DNA of 56,193 nt, the filler included, from Sphacelaria rigidula (taxonomy: Eukaryota): the NCBI GenBank assembly GCA_964200075.2. It is 5 parts of 5 records of this genome, joined end to end, with 100 filler letters (N's around TTAATTAATTAA, not from the genome) between each part and the next. Parts side by side here need not be neighbours in the genome. Positions count along the whole stretch, not along the records: positions 1 to 11,159 come from CAXNAA020005305.1; positions 11,260 to 22,418 come from CAXNAA020005306.1; 3 more parts are not named here. One strand, written 5' to 3'. A program made the position numbers and the translations under genes. The notes under the pieces are model-generated. The model was given only the letters and a program-made list of their open reading frames with translations. It did no database searches and was not told where the DNA came from. Of the stretch, positions 1 through 13,457 are shown piece by piece. Position 1 is the first letter of the stretch. Each line of letters starts with the position of its first letter.

Positions 1-479
1 AGGCTCGCAATCAATCACCAAGCGCGAAGCGCCGTGGTGTGCCCGTCCAGTCGCATGAAGGGTGAGCTGCATCCCGCTAAGCTTGTTCGGGCCGAAGCCT
101 ACTGATTATCTTGCATTTGGATGGCAATCTCCAATGAGTTGTTTTATTTTCTGGCATCGGTACTTCCAGAGACAGACACGGCTTATACACTGCCTCATGG
201 GTGCCTCACCATTTACACATTACGTGGTACGATCATCCCCATTGTGCGGAGTTGAGGTTCTCCCACGCCGCACAACATGATCTGGCTCGACCACCATCAT
301 GGTTACCGCACAAAACAAAACGCAAGCGCGCCAAAAAACCTCGGTAACCTAGCTGCCCAGCTTCCGTAGTGAGTGGCGTGTTTTATGGCGTCATCGCCAA
401 CAGACACCAACCCCACCGGGGGTCCGCCCCTACAAAGTCGGGACGGAGCACGCCGGATTCTCGCCGGACCAGGCTTGAG
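1..479 (-). mobile_element. Non-coding interspersed retroposon 'family B' (SINE-like), cut by the contig start
   Basis: Colinear similarity to 42947-43430, and partly to 17284-17590, 44880-44935 and 55081-55215. Abuts a poly-G run at 481-505. Confidence 0.8.
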
Positions 480-655
480 CGGGGGGGGGGGGGGGGGGGG
501 GGGGGCATTCCTATTTTTTTGTCAACCCCCCCTTGGGGGGGGACAAANNNNNNNNNNCCCCTGTGGGTCTGGGCCGTCCGCGGTTCGCCGGCAGGGGTGG
601 GCGAGTCGGGTGGGGCATGCTCATTTGTTGACTACGCATCCCTGTCGAGGGGACA

Positions 656-1018
656 TACTCATTTGTTGCTTGCCTTAGTCGTTTGGCCATTGACCGCGTG
701 TCCTTTTCGAGACGGACCACCGTTCCTACTCCTAATAGAGACACCTCCAACATTTCGGTGCTCATTACGTTCTTCCATACACTACACAAAACCTTTCGCA
801 TATCTCATCCCCGTTCTGTTTCGCCGTCTGTGACCACTATCTATCCCCTAGTATGGCCATCATTTTCTCGCTACTGTCTGGTGCATCAAATGATCTCACG
901 TCAGCTTCGTTCACATCCCGCATTTCTCCCCTCTAACACGTCGCGTTCCTCCTTGTATCGTTCACATTCCGCAACTTGATGAGTTTTGCTCTCTAATACT
1001 TTGCCACAGGGGCAATTC
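656..1018 (-). mobile_element. 5'-truncated LINE (family A), 3' end with CCHC zinc knuckle
   Basis: Minus strand encodes CPCGKVLESKTHQVAECERYKEERDVLEG and ends GCAAGCAACAAATGAGTATGT-CCCC. Homologous to 21285-21789, 30389-30547, 30946-31730 and 44752-44819. Confidence 0.8.
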
Positions 1019-1023
1019 TGTGT

Positions 1024-1026
<3 letters not shown>

Positions 1027-1067
<41 letters not shown>
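1027..1067. repeat. (GT)n microsatellite
   Basis: Perfect GT dinucleotide run. Confidence 0.95.
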
Positions 1068-1068
<1 letters not shown>

Positions 1069-3014
1069 TAAACACCAAAGCAGCGACAAACTCCGTCCTC
1101 CCTCGTCTCGCACAACCTCATTTTTCTCCAGAGTTTCGATTATGCTTCGCCCCTCACATATGCAGTTGTTCAATCAATTTCACACTTGGCGATATTCGCC
1201 ACGTGCCGTAGTTTGCTCTGAAGCAACGGGGGTCAAGTTTGCAGTGTACAGCCCTAAAACCCGCGACATCTGCCACTATCTACGATTATACGAAGGCATT
1301 AAAAGTGTGTACAAAAAGATGGAAATGGTTGGCGCAGCACTGTCCGCTGACGGTTGCGCCATTTTGGGGGGGATGATTTTTGGTAGGTGGCATAGAAGGA
1401 CGCCAGGCGAACACGACCCTTGGTAGAGATGACGCAAAAAAACGTTCTACCCAATAGAAGTACAGCAGCATTTTAGCATGGCTCAACGAGGCTAGTACAC
1501 CTTTTTGGCACTCCGCGGAATCGTTCAGCTGTGAGTGCCGTCGGGCTCAGCGGTGTTAGGGCGATGTCTTCCCCCGCGGCACTCACTTATCTTTGCCCCA
1601 CACCCACGGCTGTTGCCGAAGCATTCAAGTTGACTGTGGAGGTCGGAGAATCCCCTTCAGCAAACACTCGCAACCAGATTAAGAACACCACCCGACCACA
1701 CCCGCACGCGCCACATCTGCAGTGCGTACCAACACCACGAAATATGTCAGGCCGTTCTGCTGTTCAGCTACAGCTCTTTGTGTTAACCTGCATACTACAG
1801 CACGTGCATGTAGTCTTATTACCGTGAAAACTTTCCTGCTGTCCTGAGGCTGTGAAACGCTGCTGGTCATAACTTATGCACGAATGATTGTCACGCGCGG
1901 CATTTGCGCGGCTGCGGTCTTTTGCTATGTAGGCCTTGTTTCTCTAACAAAAAAGAAACTTCCGAACTCCCTCGCGAAGTCTATCATTTTAGGGTTCAAG
2001 TAGGAGCCCAAAAGTGGTCAAGAGATCGAAACTAATATAACTCGGTCATCGTCTGGAACTACAGTAGTGGCAGACAGTGAGGTTAACCTGCACTTATTGT
2101 TTGAACAATTTTACGGATAATTTTTCCTCAACTTACATGTGTTTTCAGACAACTGTATGCCGAGTTCTGTCATGTGTAGCGATTGTAGTATACTTTTCAG
2201 GGGTAAAGGGGCGACACATGACGTCACGAAAGCGTCAACACATGTGCAGAGATGCAGTCACTCGTGAGAGCCGTAGAAGCTTGTATATTTTTAGAGAAAG
2301 TCGTGTCGAGATTTTGACAGTTTCGTTCGTACACAACCTGAACGTACACGGAAACAATAGGGCCCTTATCTCTCTAAGAAATCTCAGCACACCCCCGATT
2401 CCCAATTCCTGCGCCTGTCCGAAAGGGGGTACTTAAACCACTCCTGCAGCGACTCTACTCGCTCGCAGAGTACATGTAACCTACTGCAGACTAAAATCAG
2501 GTATATCTGTTTCCGCCAGACACAAAGTGGGAGGGGGGAGGGGGCACCTTTGAAAGGTGCAAGCCGGACCCCTCGTTGAAAATTGTGATTTCAGATAGAT
2601 GTAGAAGCGTGCTACATACCTTGAAACGGCAGGATAATGAAGTCTTGCAAGCTAACTTCGAGTGTCATGTTTGTGGTTGGCCGTTCATTTATATCTAATT
2701 TCGCGGCCACCTGTGATTTTAATGACCATCATTTGTACAAGTAGGTGCTGCTGTACTTTATACGGAGCACTAAACTCCTTACTTCAAAACCGTGACATCA
2801 GGGAGAGACATGGTGGTCGATACCGAAGAAACGCTGGTAGCGTGCTGTCGAACGCTTGGTATAGCCCATTGTGCAGTGTCTACATACCGGGCAAACTAAA
2901 TTACCAACAAAGTGCTGAGCGAAACTTCCCACAAGCGTGCGGGGTTGACGCAAGCATGCCATGGCTTCCATCGTAACCTTTTCACAACTTCCATCTACTC
3001 TCCTCCAATTGTAG

Positions 3015-6000
3015 GTTCGAGCCATCTCACACCCCCGACGGGTAAAACTCCTCTTCTACTGCCTGGACCCCAGTTACCCGGGACTGTCCCATCTGTCTGC
3101 ACTCGATGTTGATGGCTTCCTAACGAACAGCGACTCGACTCGGAAGATCCTCAGCTTATCCGCGCCGACGGTTTACATTCCGTTAGCTGTAGACCCAGAA
3201 GCGTTCCCGTTCTACCCTACCGACGCAGCTGCACGAGCTGAGACTACTGAAGACGTGGCGAGGGAGGTGGAAGCGAGCGAGTCCACAGCCAAAGGTGAGG
3301 ACAATAGTGCAGCAAGATAATATATCATGTGGAAGCGGTAGATATGTTGACAACGGTGAGGCCTACCGCAGACGCGACTGAAAGTTCAGCTGTATGCCCT
3401 CAATTGTTGTTGTTGTTGTCTTCACATTGAACCGCTCCGATATCTACCCAGTACTCTGTACTGATCATCTGATGCGGACGCCTTCCGTGGCCACAGGCTA
3501 ACTACCCCAAAATAGGGTTAAAGAAAATCGAAAAATAAAATCGGACTCAGGAAACTTCACTCAGACGCGATGCAAAAAAAAAACGCATTGAAAAAAAACA
3601 GTCATGGATTAAAAATAACAATAAAAAACAACTGCTAGCCTCGTAAGTTCCGATGTGTGCGCGACCATTCGGGCTACTGGAGGCAGGGCCCATTGGTCCA
3701 CTCAAATATATCGGTTTCTCCCAGGCCTGTGAGCTTGTTACGCTATAACCTCTTCTGTGCTGTTCAACATGTTAGGACATGCTGGAGCAGCAAGCCGCCC
3801 TGGAAGAGTCGTGTTTGTTGGAGCGGGTGGGGCGATGGAATTCAAAAGCATGCTAGGCTGGATGCTGCGGGAAGCGATGCCGTACGGATTAGATATCTAT
3901 GGATCTGGGTGGCAAGACATGCCTGACTTCATACCGTTTTGGAGAGGAGTAGTGCCTCAGGGAGAACTGGTGAATACTGTCACTACTAGCTCATGGGCAT
4001 ATTGGTGTCCCAAGCGAATACGGACGTTGGTTCTTCACGGCTCTCGTTGTCATGCCAAAACCTTAGTTACATTTTAATTTCGGAAGATATCTTTTTTTCG
4101 TATTCACACCTTTTGTACTGCCTATTACTTCACAGCTTGTGCCTGCCTTCATTTCTTCTGCGCCAATACACATGTTCCGCCCGCCTTGAATATCGATGTA
4201 CAACAAATATCGGGCAGAAAACTGCCATAATATGTCAAAACGTAGTACAGCAGTGGCGGCCGTTTTCATCGATTGACGACCGGGTACATTTTTTTACGAA
4301 AACAGGCATCTGTCTACGCCAAGGCCCTTGCCGTCATCGGAGTTACCATGGACGCGCAGCGCGAGATGGGAATGGTCAACAATCGGGTTTTCGAAGCGTT
4401 AGCCGTTGGCGCTACTCTCATTTCAGACTACTTTCCCGCGCTCGAAGCTCTCTGCGGAGACAAGGTTCTTTACGTGCGGTCTCCAGGGGATGTTGCACGA
4501 CACCTCGAGAGTATCCTTACGGTGAGCGGTGAGGCTGTCAAAGGAGGAGAGCTCGGTAGTAAAACGGCTTTCGCCGAAAGACAGAGCCGCCGATTGTTTG
4601 TGGAGGAGGCGCACACTTGGTCTTTCCGTTTGGAAGAAATGCTGTCATTTGCTGTTTCTCTGGACGATTTACCGCTAGGCTACCGAGAGGTCGACAGCTC
4701 AGGTGAGATGAGCGAAAATGATGAAGAGTACGGACGTACATCGATGGAGAAAGAAAACCAGGAGATGGCAGCGACAGCTGCAGGGCCCGAGCGCTGCTCA
4801 TCGGCCTCAAAGAACAACTGCCTCAGGTTAGCAATCGTTGTAGATCCCAACTTAGCACACGACATCTCGCTTGGCTCTACTTTCGTCCCTGCTGTTGATA
4901 TGTTGAGCCCCGTTTATCGGGTCGACTGGTGGAAAGCCCCTGAAACGTTCGAAAACGGTGCGGCCGCCAAACCCCCGTTACGGGTAGAGAACATCGGGCA
5001 GTCCGATGATCATCAAATACTGGGTGATGGGATGGAGAGGTCGAGAACCCTGCCAGCATCGCAAGAAGTAAGCTATCTTGCTGGCTATGATGTTATTTGG
5101 GCGGTTGGGCGATGGGGAGGCTCGGCGGATAAGACCGTGCGGCGCGAGCTATCCGCGCTGTCGAGAGATGATCGACGCACGACGGATTCTCTCGGGGCAC
5201 AAATGAGAGGCATGGTGCTATGGGGTCGTATCTGTACGCCGACCACTGGGAGTGATCGCGGGCTAACCGAGGGTGACCAGAACAGACAAGAAAACGAATG
5301 TCCCGACTTTATCGGGCGGGAGGGTCTCCGATGGTACGATGTTGTTTACACTCAAACAGATGGAGATCATGCCTTGCTACACAAAGCGGCGTTTGGAGGG
5401 GCAGTATCCGACAATCTGCAAGTGGCGTGGGGCTTTGGATTAAGGAGATCGAAGGCTGACTCACGACCGACTTCGACAGAAGAGACGAGCGGTGTCGACC
5501 AGAAGCTTTTGCAGTATGACGCGTTGGTCGTCGGCACGGATGATCAGATTCCCGAGATGTTCATGCTTCTCGAGAAACGCGAGCGGGTCCGCGTTGCCCT
5601 GGCCGTTCTGATTCCTCCGAGTGGCCTCACGCTCGCTGCACGACCCGCTCTGCTGTCGTTGCTGACCGCCGCGGGTGTAAGCGCCGATCTGAACACCACT
5701 GCAACGGTCTACCCTAGCGATCTTCCCGCAACCTTCCCACTTTATGATGGCGAGGGTGAGAGAGGAAAGCGGCTTGCACCGAGACATGCCGACATTATTT
5801 TGGTTCGCCACGCCGGCGACGCGTTGACGTTAGCCAAGACAGCATCCATGACAGACGAGGTCTTTATATCAGCCGAGGAGGAACAGGGTTCTTGGGCGAC
5901 GTTGGTTGTAGCAACAGGTTTAGGAAATCGCGGACAAGAAAAGTTGCACTTACTTAATCACGAAGATGATCGAAATGTGCAGGCTTTGAGGGACCAGTGG

Positions 6001-6723
6001 CCGGGCGGGTGGGACGCCGATTTTTACTCCCGTCGTCTTATTGCAGGTACCACGCGCGCGTTGTGTTTGGGGCGAGGGAATAGCCGGATAACGATGACAA
6101 GGCCGACAGAAGGTTCTTCGATGGTGGTAGGCGGTACTGATAGCTTCGCGGTGGAGGTGAACATCGAAGATTTTGTGTTGGGTAGGGACGGTATGTGGTG
6201 TGTGACGGCGGGTGGGTACGTGTTACTTTGCTCTTTGCGCGATCAACGAGTATTTACGATCAAGACTAACTCTTCTGGTATGAACAAGATAAATTGGGCA
6301 CCTCCCTGGGGCTCAGCGGAACTTGGCGGTGTAGATTCGGGTGGGGATAGCGGGGGGGTAGACGCCCACACCACAAACAGGGCGTTTGTTAGTATTGATT
6401 TGAGGGTCGAGTTGCGCAGCAACATGTATAGTGATGTTCTGTATCGCTCTGAAAAGGCGACGTTGCTCGTTGATCCTACGCACGCCAAGCTGCAGGTGAG
6501 TTGCTCCAACACGAATCAAACCAGCAGCGATGAGGCGGTGCCGAAAGAATTCCACGCGAGGTTAAATGTAACGGATTTCTGTCGACCCGAAAGCATCGTC
6601 TTGCTGTCGTTGAGCGAAGCAGCCGCCCACTGCGGAAGTGATGCCGAACAAAGTAGAAGCTCAGGCGGAGGGGATAGGCTCGTTCATGCGCCAGGGTTAG
6701 GTGTTTCTGCCCGCGAATCGTAG
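3015..6723 (+). CDS. Glycosyltransferase, CgeB/Glyco_trans_1_2-like, with long C-terminal extension; 5' exons not identified
   Basis: Phase-compatible GT-AG exons 3015-3294 (VKLLFYCLDPSYPG..DVDGFLTNS..PTVYIPLAVDPEAF), 3776-3969 (VVFVGAGG..LDIYGSGW..WRGVVPQGEL) and 4306-6723 (ASVYAKA..GMVNNRVFEALAVGATLISDYFPALE). NNRVFEALAxGxxLISD is the CgeB-type GT-B motif. Confidence 0.8.
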
Positions 6724-8459
6724 TGCACGCGCCCTCAATTTGATAGGGGATCGCTGAGCCGAGCGCACCGTAGCTTGGGAAATATTCATACAAACACGAC
6801 GCCCTTGTGACAATCACGCTGATGTAACGGACAACGTCTCGCCTCAAGTTCGGGTGCGTAAAGCGCGCGTCTATGGGATGAGATGGCCATGCGAGCAGAA
6901 ACTGGGTGTATGCCCAGATACCCATGACATGCATCACGCGGCACTGGTTCTGACCCGCAGCATTCCGGGTATATCGCAGAGCAACCTCTCGGCATCCAGA
7001 GAATCCAGTGGCTGCTGAACCATTTCCCTCTGATGCGTACCAAAAGCATATATTTTCCCCATTATCTCACTGCTCGGGGTTTTGGCCTTTGGATTCGCGC
7101 TGATTCCAACCCTGACATTCGAGCTCGACAGCCTGAGCGGTAAGCACCTCCACCAGACCGGCGGTATCCCGAATGAGCTGATGAAGTTGTCGACGAGTCT
7201 CGTCCGCGTCGGGTCGCCGTTGTGGGTGCGGTCTTCTGGACTGACCCGTGTTGTCCTACGTTGTAACGTTGGTGCGGGGAGAAGGGAGGGGGCGGGTGTC
7301 CGGGGACTTCGTAACATGTCTCATATTTTGGCACGTGAAGCGCGCGGCGGATGAGGTGCGTCGCGGTTCTCCAAGGGTCGGACGAATCATCACTGGTTCG
7401 AATAACGAAATCTGCAATTTCTGAGGCCTGGTTAATCGAAAAATGGAATAAATTTGGTCGCGGGACAAATCATTCTCCACATCACTTTTGCGCTACTCCA
7501 CGTGCCTGGGGCGCGCGTTACCTAGAGTGCAACGCTGAAAACAAAGCAAAACCCAAGGATTGGTTCGTACGGTAATATTCAGACGGATCGCTATTTTTCC
7601 AAGCCTTGGTCAATTTCCGTTGAAACGGCGCCAACGAAAACCGTGAGGATGTTCTGTGAACGGCACTATCCGTATGATGGAGAATTCGCAGTATAGACTA
7701 CACTGGTGGAAACTACGAAGACGGCCGTTTTGAGTGCTCAACACGAACGTCTTGTGCTGCTTACCTCATTTCTACACCCGGGTGACGCCTTGCCGACCAT
7801 AAAAGCTCAAGATCGTCGACAGAACGATCATGCCGTAGTGTACCGAGGCAGCAAACTCAATGAACAACTACCAGCCGGATATGGGAGAACGACAAGAACG
7901 CTTAGGCACGAAGGTAGAAGTGTACCTTTTCTTGGGCGGAGATGAGGCTTTTGTTTTGCCTTGTTTCCCGCGAAGTACGGCCTCGCCGAGCGTGGAATTG
8001 TTTCTCTAACCTGTGCGCAAGCACGACAGGTGCACAAGAACGATTCACTTCCCGCCATGCCGTTGGTAATATCGCGTACACATTCAGTGCACCACCGATT
8101 GAACTACAACGGCCCAGTTTACTCACGGCACTCTCTGGTTTGTTGCATGTATGCCAGTAAGACATCTTCACGACCGCTGAGTAAAATTTCATCAGCAGTT
8201 CGCCCTGAAACGGAAGACACGAAGGAAATTGACTTACGCAAGTCAAACCAACGGCATGACCCGACTCTACGTAGTATCAATACATCGAAAGCCGTTGGCA
8301 ATACAAGATAGTCGATGTCGGATCATGCAACGCGTGTTATTGACTCGTGGTGGCCCCGATCCAACACACAACACACGACGTACAGAAGATGTTCTGGTCA
8401 TTTTACATGGCACCCAAATTTGGACACAAATACTTCATTTCGCCTTTCCCGAAACCCAC

Positions 8460-10260
8460 CTTGCATGCTCCGTTTTCATGAAGTAGTCGACTGACATGAC
8501 TTTCCCGTAGTCCACGAGAGATCTTCCTGAGGACCCTTGCTCGCCTCGGTCGAATCTAGACTTATGGCAAGTGTGCACCTTGAGAACGTGTAAAACGCCA
8601 CGAACTCGATGTGGAAGGTATATGGCGCTTTGTTCTAGATCCCGAGAACGCTTCGTAGAACGGTGGATATTCTCCACGTGTCTAAAGATGCACACGAGTA
8701 TTGATCGCCCGGTGGCGAGACGGCGCAAAGGCAGGGTTTCGAGATATAATGGCGGGTTTCAGGAGAGGCAGACAAACGACCGCTCATCCCTCATGACATC
8801 TACCGCATGAAGTCTGGCGTAGTGCACGAGGGGCGAAATATTAGCAGATGGTACTGTTGGACCATATGTATTGCGAGACCCACAGGGCTAGTAGGTGCTC
8901 CGTATTTGACCCTGTGTTGAGCGTTTGACAAGAGGAAAACCCACCGGATTCCATGTGCAAAACTAGTGACTGAATTGTAATGGATTTTTTCGGGGGTTAA
9001 ACTGCTCTGTGACGACTACGTGAAGACATGCACATCACAGATCTGTGCTTACCGTTCCTCGAGCGCCCTCGCTTCGGCCTTGAGCGCCCTATGGAAGGCC
9101 TTGTCCTCCTGCTGTTCTTTCATGGCATACTCGCGGAGGAATCTGCCAGCAGAAAAACAATGGGGGGGAAAGTACGGGGGCTTGTGGTTCTACTCGTTTT
9201 CCGTCGCGCGTGCTTGGGCATGCGAATGGCCGCCATGAACTGCATGTGCGGGTGGTGTCGGGATTCGTCACATCATCGTATGCAGCCACGCTTCCAAATG
9301 GCAATATCGTTTTCAAACGCGGTCTATGTAACTTACTTCTCCCACCCCCCACAGCGAACACGACGACCGTCTAACTCTAGTAACGATCGATCGCTAATAA
9401 CTGGTATATCTCATGTTGCGTGGGTCACAAACAGCTGGGGAAACGACATCAACAATAGTGTAGAGCTACAAAATTTAGGCACATGTAGCAGCAACATGTA
9501 CGTGTGCGTGGCTTGCCTGACGGAAATCTCAGAGCATCGGTGCTGCCCTGTATCTTTCCGATGCCGAGATTCAAGATTCTCAGCAAGGGCCGCTCTACAG
9601 GCGTCAATTTCCCGTGTGAACAACGATGACCTGACTGCGCTAGCGGAGGAAGGACGGCGTCTCTTGGGATCAGCGCAAGTAGCGCGGTCGGTTTGACCGA
9701 CGAACCCTGCTGCTCGTCCGAGCCGAGCCGAATGTGAGACGGTGGTACTAGTGGCAGCAGGTCCAAGCCTCTCGAGCGCGTCAAACAGTGGATCAATTCC
9801 CCGGGCGATCTTCGCGCTTGACGGTCTTGCGCCATCACTACCACGCAACGTATCTATCTTCCCACTGCCGCTGTGGATCAGACGGTCCCTGCTGGTCTCA
9901 CCGTGGCTGTGCATCAATGTTCCCCATGCTTGGAGCTCCGCGCGTGTCACGCGCGCAAGGGACATGTCATCGAGGGTTTGCACAAGTATAGGCGCAGTGG
10001 TGTCTTCTCTGAAAGCTGCTGGGGACGCTGGTGAACCGGTGAGGCCTCCCGCGCTGTTTGTCGTTACTTCTACTGATGTTACCATAGTATCCGGTGCTCG
10101 TAGTGCTTCCAAGCGGCGCATTGAGGGCTCCATCGAACGGGATCAGGTCGTTGTCGCCTACCACCGACGAGTCTGACCTAGCGTGGGATGCGGTGGATGT
10201 CAAACACATCACGGCGTGCGTTCCATCAAGAACTAGTTGCTGGGGTTCGTTGCCACCTAC
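8460..10260 (-). CDS. Uncharacterised spliced protein (partial model)
   Basis: Phase-compatible exons 10260-10178, 10008-9517, 9142-9053 (FLREYAMKEQQEDKAFHRALKAEARALEER, helical/coiled-coil) and 8681-8460. The intron 9516-9143 has a GC donor. Downstream exons near 8200 and 7870 are possible but unresolved. Confidence 0.55.
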
Positions 10261-11159
10261 CTGTGTTGTCGATATTCCGAGGACTCAGAAGAAATTGAAG
10301 GGACGATTTTGCAAGGGAGATGCGTGTTGGGCGAAGGTGGACAGAACCGGTAATCAGTACATATTTCGAGAAGAAAAGACACGAAAAAGTACGTTGTTAA
10401 TATCGCGCGCATGCTATGTGAACAGTAGCTTGCCATAGCAGAGATGCACAGTGTGCAGTATATGCAGGCTCTCTTCGCGGCCTGACAGCAGAGGGAACTA
10501 CAAACGTTGATTTATTTTCTTCATTGAAACACACGACTGAAGCCACTTGTAGGGCGCACACGGTCACCACACCGATTTCACCTGGAGCCGGAACGATGTA
10601 CACCACGTGGTGTATAGTCGTAGCGCACGAACAAAAGCATCAGCACCGAGCATTTCAACCAGAGTGCACATGCAACATGACACTTTCTACGATAGCCCCC
10701 CCCCACAACCAACCCAAAAGCGTCACGAAAAAAATGGCCATACGGCGCCTGATGTTTGGGTTCAGCCTGCATGAAGCGCTTCATATTGGCGATATTGGCT
10801 AGAACGAGCTCAATTTCAGCCGCTCGTTGTGCTCGGCTTTTCCCATTTCGATTTACGTGGAGATTTTGTCTCCCAAAACCATGCATTGTTTGTTTTTTGG
10901 GGGGGGGGCTATCGTAGAAAGTGTTCATGTAATGGCGCTTTCACTTGGAAGATGGAACACTCTACAGCGAGTTCCTCCCTTAATGTGGTCGAAATCGGCT
11001 TGCACCACCATTTTGTCCCATTTGAAGGCCGTAGGTACACTGCCTTCAAATGGGGTACCTCACAAAACCATTACGGCGAACTACGCATGCAGTACCCCCC
11101 CCCCTCCCCCCAATGGTCTTATGACTTTGGCATGCATGATCATGAGTACTTCCCCCCCC

Positions 11160-11259
11160 NNNNNNNNNNNNNNNNNNNNNNNNNNNNNNNNNNNNNNNNN
11201 NNNTTAATTAATTAANNNNNNNNNNNNNNNNNNNNNNNNNNNNNNNNNNNNNNNNNNNN
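11160..11259. other. Artificial contig linker (N-TTAATTAATTAA-N)
   Basis: 100-bp N/stop-in-all-frames spacer recurring every ~11259 bp. Confidence 0.97.
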
Positions 11260-12512
11260 AAGCACATGTACAGAGGAGCATTCTTCTCTCGGGCCAGTTC
11301 TTGGAGTCTGCGTACAACGAACATCAGGTCGACTGTGGAACGGCCAGGTCGGAAGCCGCATTGCGCTTCTGGGAGGACTCCCTTCCACTCGCATTAGGCA
11401 CTGAGGCAAGTCGCAACTATCTTGAGCACCACCTTGCCCGCGTGGGACCCGAGAGAAATACCGCGGTAGTTGCCGCATTCGTACGGGTCATGTTTCTTGA
11501 AGAGCACCTTGATGATAGTGGCTTTCCACTCTTGCGGTACAACTTCCTGACGCCACACGGTGAGCACGATGTCGTGGAGGTACTTCAGGATGGCAGAGTC
11601 TTCGGTGCGACCGAGTTTTAACAGTTCGCCACAGATGTCGTTTGTCCCAATGGCCTTACCGTTCGCTAGTTTGCCCACCGCTTGCTTCACTTCTGCCATC
11701 GAGGGCTCCGCCGCGAGCGATGTGTGCTCTGGCAGCTGTTCGATGAGATCGATGACAGAGTGATCGATGGTAGGTGAGGTTGCGTTCAGCAGTGTGTCAA
11801 ACCATTCCTTCCATCGTTGCAGGATAGCTTCCTTGTCCCGCAACAGCTCGCCAGTCGCGTTCCGGATGTAGGTTGAGTCGTTCTGCTTCTTCCCTTCCAG
11901 TTCCAAGGACTTGATATGCTGGTACAATCCTCTTTGATCCTTCTTGCGAACAAGGTCCGCGGTTCGGACTGTGAACTCGTGGACGAAATTCTGCAGCTGA
12001 GCATTCTTCACCCGCTTAAACGCCTTGTCCGTCACCTTCAGCGCCTTTTTCAGGGCAGTGTCCTTGGGGTTTGCTCGTTGTTTTTTCCATACACTTTCCC
12101 GGAGATCCCATGCCTTTTGGAGGCCGTCCTGAGCTTGAGATGACTCACTGTAACCTCTAGATTGGGTTTTCTTGGGGCATGGGGGGAGTGTATCCGCGGC
12201 CTTCTGTCGCAGGGCGTTGGCAAAGGTAGATGCCATGTGGTTGACATCCGTCACTGCGGGGGAATCAGTGGCATTCGGGAGCTTAACGATAATGGCCTGT
12301 GCAACAGTAGCCCTCCAGTTTCGGTCAGATGTGAGGGTTTGGCGGTCGAAACGCACTCCCCTCTCCCCGCCTCTCGGGCGGGGTTGGCGCTTGGGGGCGT
12401 TCCGTCCACGGAGACGGATGGCGGCAGAGACCAGACGATGGTCCGATTTACATACACGGCCCTTTTGTGGCTTGGTACTCACAGGTACTGATATACATGC
12501 GGGTGGCGTCAC
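11260..12512 (-). mobile_element. RTE-type LINE ORF2 fragment (endonuclease end, linker, RT N-terminus), inactivated
   Basis: SDHRLV (APE C-terminus), [47 protein letters not shown]. After a stop at 11394-11396 the frame continues LPEAQCGFRPGRSTVDLMFVVRRLQE. Cut by the contig end. Confidence 0.9.
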
Positions 12513-13080
12513 TACTCGAAAAACTTTGATTTGAGGCGAGGCTCAAACCTTTTTCTTATCGCCCAGCTAAGCATTATCTCTTGAAAGCCATTTTCTTACT
12601 TTCCCCACACGGGCAGTGAGGAATTCCCTCACGGCCAATTTCTTGTTCGTCCCGCGCGCGTACAAAATGATGGAATTCTTCAAAGCAAATATATATTTTT
12701 TCGAACGGATATAGTATGCGTACTACAGTACAATGTAGCAAGACATGTCGGTTTCTTTGCAGTGTTGCTTGGACAGATTATCTGCAGGGGCAGTATACAG
12801 CAAAACAAATGGTTGAGCAGTACAGTCGTACTGTACTGTTTTGCTGCGCAATAAATTATTTGTAAATAAGTACAATCACATCGGGATGGATCGCAATACA
12901 AGTATCGTACTGTATCGTACATGTATGATGTAGTACATACCGGTATATTAGAGACAAAATGGCAATAAACTAATAATGGGGTCGCAGCTCGTTGTATTCA
13001 CTGTATATATACAATGTACTATAATAGTACGTATATATTCAACAATCAATCAATCATCGAAATTGAGGATGGAGCTTCTC

Positions 13081-13449
13081 ATTGGGGATAAGAACCCGGA
13101 GAATGAAACTCCTCGTATCCACACCAAATCTTCGGAATGTGGTTAAATTCCTTCACCTACTGGTGGCTATTGACAACTAAGATACGCCATAAAAGTTGGA
13201 TTTCGATTACCGAAATGTTGAGGTTCTCGGTGAAGAAATAATTTGGGGGAATTTAGGTGATCCGATCGGATCGCCGAAATTCCTCGAAATCGAGTATTCA
13301 CGTTGGACCCCAACATTTCGGTAATCGGAGTCCAAATTTGTATGGCGTGCCGTAGTTAATAGCTACCAGTGGATGAAGGAATTGAACCATATTTTGAAGG
13401 TTCGGTATGGACAAGAAGATTTTCTTTCTCCGGGTTCTCATCCTCAATA
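13081..13449. mobile_element. Foldback (fully palindromic) MITE-like element
   Basis: Arms ATTGGGGATAAGAACCCGGAGAA... and ...TTCTCCGGGTTCTCATCCTCAAT pair, with mismatches, to a centre GATCCGATCGGATC at 13259-13272. Confidence 0.85.
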
Positions 13450-13457
13450 AAAAATTC

